A stretch of 64,000 bases of DNA from positions 44,952,001 through 45,016,000 of the forward strand of contig NC_045696.1 of assembly GCF_009834535.1 (NCBI RefSeq), given 5' to 3'. How positions within the stretch are numbered: position 1 is the first letter of the stretch; each line of letters opens with the position of its first letter. Shown one piece after another: positions 54,494-64,000 of this stretch. The DNA is from Camelus ferus. Its lineage: Eukaryota. The notes under the pieces are model-generated. The model saw only the letters and a program-made list of their open reading frames with translations. It was not told the origin of the DNA and made no database searches. The translations under genes and the position numbers were made by a program.

Positions 54494-56532
54494 TTCTACA
54501 TTTGAATGTCTATTGGTATTTTTGAATTTCACTTTTGGGGTGAATTTTATCCTTACAAGTTCCAGCATGGACTGCACCCCTATGGTTGGAATCCAAGTCA
54601 CATTAAAATGGTAACACTCTCCTGAAAACACTGCAAAAACACTGATCTACACACATGAACTCTTTCCTCAGGACCAGGAGTACTCCGGATCCTTTCTTCA
54701 CACGTTATTATTAGGAAAAGCAAGAATCAGATGATATATTAAATTAGCAATATGTATTTTCATTGATGGTGGCAACATTAGGAGAATGTAAAAAAGATAA
54801 AAGAAGAATAATTCCTTTGTCCCCTGGTCACACCTGTTTTTCTTCTCAATGTGGCCATTCATTCCAATTTTAAATCCTCTTAAGAAAACGATCTTTAAGA
54901 TCAAAGGAATTAATCTCGGTTCACATACTAGATCAACCTGTTAAAATATTTATTTTTATCAAATCCTTATTTATTTTGTTTGTAATTTTATGTATTTGGT
55001 GAAAAGTATGTTCTATCAATGTAATTGCTAAGGAACTGTTGAGATTCTTTGGACCTCTGGCAAAATGAAACAAAATTCTGACTAGCAACAGACACCTTTT
55101 CTTAGCTTTGATCTGACTAAAGTCAGAGAGAAGGATATGATCTTACCAGTCACACTCTGGACTTCCTCTAAGGGCTCATTCAGATCCAATTATCCTAGAA
55201 ATTCTGACAGCTTTGAAAACTCAGGCAATGATACAATTTCAAGCAAAATGTAAAACATCTTCTAGTGAAACTCATAAAATAGCTAATAAGGAAGGCAACC
55301 AATACACTGTAGTGTAGATTTATAGGCTCTATTTGCTTCTGTAAGATTAACAGTACTAAATGAACTTACAAAACAAACAAAAATGCATTCTGTATGTTCA
55401 GTATGCTATTTATAAATTCCAGCTGCAGGATATCACCATGGTAACAGGAATATACAAATAGCTCAGTTCTCTATGCAATGATGGAAGCATTACTAATTTA
55501 AAGAATGCAGTATGCTTAAGACAGACAGAAACAATTTCACAATATAGTCATCAACCTACTCATAAAAGAGGAGAAAGATGGAGATAAGTATTTCAAATGG
55601 CAGATAAAAGAAAACTGATTCCTTCTGCTCGACAATGACTGACAGTCATTCTTGGAGTTGAGGGAATGAAGTATTTTTTAAATGAACGAATGAATGAATG
55701 AGGCAACAGAATGAAAAAAATAGAGGAAGAAAATCAGGTAGAAGAGGTATTATGTCAAAATGTGTGGTATCTGTTTACAACATCAACTGTGAAACAGAAC
55801 TGAAAAAGAGTCTCAAATTTAGCATTTTGTACATACATATTCAGCCTCCAGATTGGAGTGAAAAAGATGTGTAAGATCAGCCCACTGCTCTCAAAGACCA
55901 CGTGAACATGCATGTGCATTTATTATTGTACTTAATAAATATCTACTGAGTGTGTTTAGGTACCAGGAAACACAAAGATAAGTAAGATTTTGGCGCTGGC
56001 CTTAAGAATTAATAGTCTAATGGAGAAGACAGTCCTCTAAATAAAAAGCATCACAATTTAGAGTAACTCCTACAACAGAAGTACCCATAAGGTCCTGTGG
56101 GAACATAATGTCATAGCAATATTTTCCCCAATTAGAAAGAATTGACGCTTATATCTACAGTAAAATTTAGGTTTTACTGAAAGTTAAGTGGCAGTGATTG
56201 ATGAAATATTATAAAATTCACAATTTGTGCATATAGACATTTAATTGAAATATCCCTCAACTTAAAAACAAATAATTACAAGTTCTTTGAATTTCTCCGA
56301 TCTCTTACCACCACAGGAAATTTCAGCAATAACACCGGCTATGGTGAAAGCTTTGTGAAATGACACTGCTGACTGCCACAGAAGCCCCTAAACTGGGGCT
56401 TCGGGGACGGTGATGTCTGACAGCACCAGTCTTCTCTTCAGGGAGTAAACTAAAGAGAAGATCAACGCCGAAGTCTCGGAGCTCCCTGGACAGAAAGCTC
56501 ACCAGCGTGCCAGAAAGAACAAAACATGCACG

Positions 56533-56695
56533 GTAACGAATACGTGTATACACATGCATGACCGGGGCACTGTGCTGCACACCAGAAATGGACACATTGT
56601 AACTGACTATACTTCAATAAATAAATAGAAAAAAACCCCAAAAACCACCAAATACATGCTCAAAATTAAAAAAAACAAAAACAAAAACATACACA
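56533..56695 (+). mobile_element. Very short camelid L1 3' end with long A/C-rich tail
   Basis: ctgtgctgcacaccagaaatggacacattgtaactgactatacttcaataaa. Confidence 0.88.
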
Positions 56696-57147
56696 TGGTT
56701 GTGAGGGTGGGTGAAAAGACTGGGGAAACCACGAGTCACCTCTGAACGCTCTGTGCTCATTTTACGTTACCAGTGACTCCCTTCAGTTGCCAGTGCCGCT
56801 TCTGAACCCCAGCTCAAGCTTCTCCTTGAGCCTGCTGGAAAACAGGCCGGAACAGCAACCTTTCTCAAACTCATATAGGACAAACACCGTTTTCCCCCAA
56901 GCAGTAAGGTATACAAAGTTCTCCAAAGAATTACTCCTGAGGCCTTGCTCCCTCCCCATCCTCTGATATGAGTCACTGAAAGACGAAAACCCATTTGGTA
57001 AAGAAAATTGAAATGCCCTTTTCTTAGCTAGAAAACATTACCACCTAGTTCACTTGAACTGCTTGAGCTGTGGTATGTTTCTCAAATACTTTTCTGTCAT
57101 TCCCTACATTCAGTAAACGTTCTTGAAATGCTTTACTGTGCCTTGGA

Positions 57148-57345
57148 CCAGGGGACTGCAACCACTTTCTTAAAGGGCCAGACAGTCATTATTTTAGGCT
57201 GTGCAAGCTATGAAATAAAATCAAGGAAATTACGTAGGTGTTCATAAACTCATTTATATATATATAACCATTTAAAGTGTAAAATCATTATTAGCTCACA
57301 GAAAAACAAACAAAAACAGGCCATAGGTTGCTGATTCCAGTGCTA
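57148..57345. mobile_element. MER58-like hAT element
   Basis: caggggactgcaa..ttcttaaagggccagacagt..attttaggct. Confidence 0.65.
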
Positions 57346-57459
57346 GATCATAGTCAAGTATCCAGACCAAGCTAAGATCATTAGGTTACTAAATTAAAAG
57401 TAAAGGTCTTTCGCACCAAGCCCTAGCTTCCTCTAATAAGAACCTGCAGTAGTGATCCA

Positions 57460-57705
57460 GTAGAGCTCTGTCCAATAGGATTCTCCACTGGATATGAGAT
57501 ATTTCTACTATATCTGTCTATGACAGATATTCCAATACCTACAGAAAATGTTCTGTATCTGTACAGTTCAATATGGTAGCCAGCAGACACAAGAGGCTAC
57601 TGAGGATTTAAAATATGTTGAGTGTAATAGAACAAAAATTTTAAAATTTATTAATTTTAAATTTACATTTAAATAGCCACATTCAACTACCATATGGGAA
57701 AACAG
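57460..57705. mobile_element. MER3-like hAT element
   Basis: ctgtccaatagga..., caatatggtagcca..., tttaaatagccaca. Confidence 0.65.
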
Positions 57706-57984
57706 ATGTGATAGTTACTTATGTATCGATTAGTAGGGCCTAAATGAATTGGTCTGGTGTTTGGGGGTCCAATTAGGTAGGTATAGAGCATTAATATCTT
57801 TATAGGTTAACGCTAACAGATCACAATTCAAATTACTTTTAACTTCTGGTTAAAACTTCACTGTGAGTAATTATTCGTGATGCACATTATGCCACAGAAC
57901 TGAAAAGACCTTCAGAGGACAGGTAGTGATGCTCTATCACGTACAAGGCGTGTGACATGTTTCAAAGAGGGCACAAGAGGCATA

Positions 57985-58230
57985 CTGCATGATGGCTCAC
58001 AACTACAGTTCTGAAGTCAGGAAGACCCTGAATAAAGCACCAGTTCTGCTATGGAGTAATGCTGGGATCTCTGGAAGGTATTTCATCTCTTTCTTCTTCG
58101 ATTTCCTCCTTTGTAAAACAGGACAATAACAGTGCTTCTCTACTGGATTGGTGTGATGATCAAATGAGATCAAGGGTTTAAGAACCTAAAACAATGCCAG
58201 CTCAATGAAATCTTAAGTGTTACTATTTTA
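57985..58230 (+). mobile_element. MIR remnant
   Basis: gaagtcag..gaccctg...tttcctcctttgtaaaacaggacaataacagt...gatgatcaaatgagat. Confidence 0.6.
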
Positions 58231-59983
58231 TCACCAATGTAAATTAAATTTAATAAGACTATATGACAAGTTTTAGGATACACTCCATGATCTGACTTGG
58301 TAGAAATCATTTCATCACTCTGCATGTGAGAGCTACATATGGAGTGTTGAGTATATCACTATTTTTATCCAGCAGCTTTGAATTCCTGGCTTTACAACCT
58401 ACTAATGCAGCCATGTCACATGACTCGCATGAGCCTCATTTCCTATCTGAAAAATGAGAATATGTACCTCTTCAAGCTGAGAGAATAAAACATGTGAAAA
58501 AGTTTTGCTCATATAGATGGCATTAACATTGGTCAGTGACTAAGAGTGTACCTTAAAAATCAAGTCTCAATTCCCTATTTCAAGTTTTTCTTCTTGTTTA
58601 TTCTTTAGGGTTACTGAGAAATATCTACTTCCTTTCTTCCATCTTTTGAGCCAAAGGGAACACAAACTTCAGAACGAAACACTAAATGTAGTTTAAAGGA
58701 CTAAAGAGTGGGAATCCAGAGTAGATGCTCTGAGAGTTAAATCATGACATTTATGAAAAGCCAATGAGGTGAAGAATAAAAATCGTGGCAGGCCAAAGTA
58801 AAATTTGAGAGCAGGTGATGATAATGTATCTCCATATGCAGAAATCTGTATGTGAAAAATTCTAAGGGTAAGTCCTTTTTGAGCATGGAACATTGACATT
58901 GGAACACAGAAAATGCAGGAGGCCAAGAAGTAAATTTTGACACAGACCTAAAGAATGGGTAACCCCCAAAATGCTTCATCTGTTCTCTGCACATAGGGTT
59001 CCCCTACCACAGAGGTAGATGCATATGGCAACCACAGTCTGTGCCATTATACATCATCACCACTCTGCCGAGAGAGCAGACAGGTCTCATGGGACCTGCC
59101 AAGTCCGCATGAACCACAGTGGAGGTTCTAGAAGGCTGCGTAGGCCAAGTCTGAGCTCAGCAGGGATGACGACCGTGATTGATAAAACACGCCTGCCGTG
59201 AGTCAGGAGGAAGGGGGGGCACCTTCATACTGTATTTGCAAACCCTTTCATATCACTCACTGCCATTTCTCTCATTTAAGAGCGAAGATAACTGAATGTA
59301 ATCTGAATTTCATGTATCTTCCTATACAGAGAATAGCCTGAAAGCTAAGAGTCTGTCTTTCTTGATCATTATATTTCTGGTTTGTTAATTACTCAACTGG
59401 CATTCTGGTTCACTGACAAGTCTCCTGTGGGCTTGGTTATAAGAACGCCAACCGGGCAGTAGCATCCATTCCCAGTGAACTGACAAAGTCAATTTTCTGA
59501 GGTGGCAACACTGATAAGCAAACTCCAGACTACGGTGAATTCACGAAGGTAAATCTTATGTGCCCTCTTAGTAGCCAAACAGAAGGCTGGTTTTCCTGCT
59601 AAGAAAACTCTCAGACGCTTTTAGACTTCAACAAAGACTATTTTTAATCAGTTTTATCCTTTCCAATTTGAATTATTTCCTTTCTTAAATTTTTCTTCGT
59701 CGATGTGCTATTGCCAATCTCAGAAGATATTCAATTCTGCAGGAATGCTCTCCCCATCTCTCATTTTGAAGTTTAAAAGCAGGAAGAGTACTTTGAATAA
59801 TCTAGTTCTTTCTCAGCCTGTGATTCCATCAGCCTTCCAACATTACTTATATCTTCACCTTTCTTTTGATTCTGGAATCTTTCTCAAACTCAAGTGCACT
59901 CAGTCAAACCCCACTTGTGACAGCATCGTTTCTTTTTCAGGTCCACACACCACCCCACAAAAGCCTGTGTTTTCTAGTTTTAC

Positions 59984-60187
59984 CTTTCGAACGTTTGCCA
60001 ACCGATTCATCATCAAGGACTCCTCTCGGTCATCGTCGTCATCCAAGTCCAGCATCGGCATTCCAAAGGGATCGATGATGCTGCAGCATCTGGAACCTTC
60101 ATCTCTCGGATCAAAGGGGTCCACGATTATGGGCTCCGTTCCTTTTATTTCACAGCGACAGAAGGGGCAGCCTTGGCCGTCTGACTC
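59984..60187 (-). CDS. CBLB: CBLB exon 10 (RING finger end and RING tail)
   Basis: gttcag|GAGTCA...CGAAAG|gtaaaa; 204 nt; [28 protein letters not shown]...MNRLANVRK. Confidence 0.98.
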
Positions 60188-61499
60188 CTGAACACACACA
60201 CAAAAATGCGCTGATTGTTCAAACAAAACAGTACCGAGAGGGGCCAATGTTCTACAATCATAAAAAGTAGTTGCCGAAAAAAAAAATGGTTTTAGGGTAG
60301 AAGGTGGAAAAAGATGTGTCTTAAAGGTGGCTGGATTAGGGAGCCAAAAAAATACATGTTCAGTATTTCAAATTTCAAATTTTTGAAGAAAAAAATTTTA
60401 AAACCCTTTGATTTGCTAAAGAAAAGGAGCCTAACTTTTGTTTTACTGAATATTCACTTTTATAATTTTAATGTATCAAAACTTAAGAGTCCTGCAGAAA
60501 ACTGGAAATTCAGTCACGTCTTGTCCTTCTTTACCAAAGACACTAGTGCTAAGTAAACATTCCATAAAAAGAATTCTATAAGAATTCTATAAAAAGGACA
60601 TTTTGATAAAAATTCATTATAAATAATTAGTAGTATCAATTAGAATAACCTATTTCAAAATGAATTCTGGAAAAGTTCCTGTGCGTATAACTAGGTCTAA
60701 ATATTTCCATTTTAATTGCCTAGATCTTTTAAAGTCTTGATTTATAAGCAATCATTAGGAAAAAATAAACGTATACTTAGAAATCACCTGTCCTGAGAGC
60801 CTGGCATCCTGACACAGCTCACATGGAATGTAGTAATAAGTGAGATATTAAGTTTTGTCCTCATCTTGCATTTGAAACAATACAGCAAATTAGTTTGGGC
60901 CAGAAATTCATTTATTGATAATTATTGACTTTTTGTTCAAAATCTCCCAATTCCATTTCTCAGAAACTGTATTAAGAATTCACAATTGGTGTATAGCTCA
61001 TTTCTTGAAGTCAGGAGCTAAATGTTACTTTACATTATGTTCCAGGAAAAACTGAAGCAGAAACTTGGACACTAAAACACATTCTAACTGCTGAATGTCA
61101 AGGTTAATTTCAAGAGAAAGTTAGATATCTAGACATATTCTAGTTATCGAATTTCAAAAAAAGATAAGTCATCTTCAAATGGGAAGAATCAGGGTGGCTC
61201 AGTTTTCTCTCTAGTGACGCTCAGTCCTCAAAGACAAAGGATAATTGTCCCCAAAATTGAGAAAAAGACAGTGACCCAAGAATCTTAATTCCAGCCAAGT
61301 TGCTGAGAAAGTATAAAGGCTGAGAGCCTTCGTTCTCAGACATGAACAGTATTAAGAAAACTCACCCCTGTGAGTTCTCCTTGAAAATAAAATCTAACCA
61401 ACTAAAGTGTCATTTAAAATAAAGAACGTAATTTGGGAATGTATGAGGAAAGGACTGAGTGTGAGCACTGAATTCATTTAAACATAAAACCTATGAATA

Positions 61500-61606
61500 G
61501 TGCTCGCTTTGGCAGCACATATACTAAAACTGGAACGATACAGAGAAGATTAGCATGGCCTCTGCACGAGGATGATGTGCAAATTCATGAAATGTTCCAT
61601 ATTTTT
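61500..61606 (+). pseudogene. RNU6 (pseudogene): Full-length U6 snRNA retropseudogene
   Basis: 107 nt colinear with mammalian U6; I count 11 substitutions, all transitions and several at CpGs; ACAGAGA box intact; ends TATTTTT. Confidence 0.96.
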
Positions 61607-61808
61607 AAATTGGGAGTTTGAGATTTGCAGATACTAATATATATAAAACTGATAAACAACAAGTTCATACTGTATAGCACAGGGAACTATATTCATCTTG
61701 TAGTAACTTACGGTAAAAAGATATGAAAATGAATATACATATGTTCATGTATGACTGAACCATTATGCTGTACACCAGAAACTGACACATTATAAACTGA
61801 CTGTACTC
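61607..61808 (+). mobile_element. Camelid L1 3' end fused to U6
   Basis: aaattgggagtttgagatttgcagatac...ctgtatagcacagggaacta...caccagaaactgacaca; matches the reverse complement of about 47790-47995. Confidence 0.93.
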
Positions 61809-61809
61809 C

Positions 61810-61893
61810 TATGTGTGTGTGTGTGTGTGTGCGTATACCCATACACGTATATACACATATATGTATATATACACACACACACATACACACACA
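61810..61893. repeat. Compound (TG)n/(TA)n/(CA)n microsatellite
   Basis: Directly visible. Confidence 0.9.
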
Positions 61894-62944
61894 AAAAGAA
61901 TTCACATTTGAGAGGGAAACAATTTTTTTGCCTTGCAGGTAATGCTGCCTTCCAGAGATAGATAGTATCTGATATTCACCACCGTATTTTTGTTTCTGCA
62001 TTATACCCTGACTTTAGAAAGTAAGTTATTTAAAAATAGTAAGAATTATAAAATCATTTTAAAGTAGAAACGGGATAAATGAGCATCATTTTAGAGATGA
62101 GACAAGGGATAAAAGAGAGTTTACATCTTTCAAGAAACCGTTCAGTACTCAACACTGTCCCATCCACCTGGTGTGATGAGAAACTTGTGATCTGCCTGCC
62201 CTTACAGAGATTCTGTGATCAGCGGTGAAAGCACACTCTCGCTCTCCTCTCATTAAACTATTACTTAGCCTACACTCTGCGGCAGACCCTGTGGTGGGTG
62301 GTTTATTCTTTCCCAAGCATCACTCTAATTAACAAATTGAACATACTCTTTGCCACACAAATTGCCAAAAAAAAATAAATAAAAACAAATGCTTTTGAAT
62401 TGGTTAATGAAAAGAAATCGCAACAATTCTTTATTCACCTACTGCTACATAATTTGGGAACGTTAAGAGTAGTAAAATAGTTAAACTAAGATGGTAGTTG
62501 AACTAAGGCTAATACGAATCTTTTGATGTTTACCGCTACATGTGTTCAGGTCTTGTGGGCTTCAAGGCAACTTAATTATTTGCTCCATCATTTTACAGAT
62601 GAGAAAACTGATACTTAATTCTCTCATCTTACACTGATATTTTCTAGCACAGGGGTAAATATTTAAGGAAAGCTAAACTTTACCCTATCTTTTAATAATA
62701 AGAACATTAAATACAAGTGCATATTTGATATATGTTGTCATCCAGGTGCAATCCTCTTATTATAAAAGTCAAAAGGGACTCCTATTGTGTGCCTGCACTG
62801 ACTTTTCTGACTTTTCTTACAGATCTATGTAAGATAATTTCAAACAGACAGTTTTAACATGTAAGAGCAAGATGCAAAAAAGATCACTTTCCCCTGTGTC
62901 TTTAATACATGAAGGATGCAAAGTGGTACTCTGTGCCCTAAGCA

Positions 62945-64000
62945 GAGCTATACAAAGTCACAGTGATTAAAACAGTGTGGAGCCAGAATGAAAAACAGAC
63001 ACGTAGGTCATTGGAGAAGAATAGAGAGCCCAGAAATAAACCCATGATATATGGTCAATTAATGTACAGCAAAGGAGCCAAGAATATACAATCAGGAAAA
63101 AGCCTCTTCAATAAGGTGTGGGGAGAATTAGATAGCTACAAAAAATAAAGAAAAGGAGAAGAAAAAAAGAAAGAGGAAAGAAGGAAGGAAGGAATGAAGG
63201 AAAGAAACTGGACCATTCTTGCACCATAAACAAAAATTAACTCAAAATGGATTAAAGACTTGAAAGAAAGAACTGAAACCATAAAATTTCTAGAAGAAAA
63301 CATAGGTGGTAAGCCCCCGGACACTGGTCTTGGTGATGATTTTTTAAATCTGACACCAGAACCAAAAGCAGCAAAAGCAAAAATAAACAAGTGGGATTAC
63401 ATCAAACTAAAAAGTTCTACGTAGCAAAGGAAACCATCAACAAAATGAGAAAGTCACCTACTGAATGGAAGAAAATATTTACAAATCATAGATCTGATAA
63501 CAGATTAACATCCAATATATATAAAGAGCTCATATAACTGAACAGGCAAAAAACGAACAAACTGATTGAAAAATGGGCAGCTCTAAATAGACATCTGTCC
63601 AAAGAAGACATGCAGATGGTAAACAGTTACATGAAAAGTTGCAAGACACATGACTTGTCATCAGGGAAATGCAAATCAAAACCATAATGAGATCACCTCA
63701 CACCTCTTAAAATGGGTATTACCAAAAAGACTAGAAATAACAAGTACTGGAGAGGATGTGGTCAAAGGCAATCCTTGTGTACTGTTGGTGGGAATGTGAG
63801 CTGGAAAACAGTACGGAGGTTCCCACAAAAACTAAAAACAGAACTACTAAGAATCCAGCAAGACTACTTTTGGGTATTTAACTGAAGAAAAGGAAAACAT
63901 TAATTAGAAAGATAACTGCATCCCCCGTGTTCACTGCAGCTTTACTTGCAGTAGCTAAGGTACGGAAACAACCTCAGATGGATGAATGGATAAAACAATT
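62945..64000 (+). mobile_element. L1 ORF2 3' portion (decayed), running off the window edge
   Basis: IKTVW...PEINP-like peptides; aacaagtgggattacatcaaactaaaaag; tgttggtgggaatgt; purine-rich expansion at about 63140-63205. Confidence 0.92.

Larger units (their letters stand above)
1..60187 (-). other. CBLB: CBLB gene, 3' portion (exons ~10-19 and 3' UTR); the gene continues beyond the right edge of the window
   Basis: Ten GT-AG exons splice into one frame matching the Cbl-b C-terminal half ([19 protein letters not shown] ... [17 protein letters not shown]). The 3' end of the transcript is not resolved. Confidence 0.97.

Noticed and set aside
59703..60191. 162-aa + strand ORF overlapping exon 10
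   Set aside because: Antisense shadow of a coding exon with no recognisable domain.
60569..60592. Short tandem duplication (aagaattctat x2); similar ones near 6975 and 28851
   Set aside because: Ordinary slippage duplications; there is no array or spacer structure.
61500..61606. Functional U6 gene
   Set aside because: 11 substitutions, no evident upstream type 3 Pol III promoter, and fusion to L1.

Overview
Mammalian, AT-rich genomic DNA. Its tRNA-derived SINEs and L1 3' ends point to a camelid. The window holds the 3' half of CBLB (Cbl-b E3 ubiquitin ligase) on the minus strand: ten coding exons with GT-AG borders (exons 10-19 by analogy with the human gene), running from the end of the RING finger through the proline-rich region to the UBA domain, stop codon and 3' UTR. 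The exons join into one intact reading frame. The introns contain L1, SINE, L2, MIR and hAT-type DNA transposon remnants. The most notable items are L1-made retroposed products: (1) a TSD-flanked mini-L1 of about 350 bp whose 5' UTR start is fused to the 3' UTR end at a likely splice junction; (2) a full-length U6 snRNA/L1 chimera; (3) a TSD-flanked, polyadenylated, LTR-like fragment of about 110 bp; (4) a tail-less internal L1 fragment. CBLB exons 16 and 18 also look like an ancient exon duplication, and exon 16 has a weak donor that reads straight into a stop codon. Repeat family names come from recalled consensus features, not from a database search.
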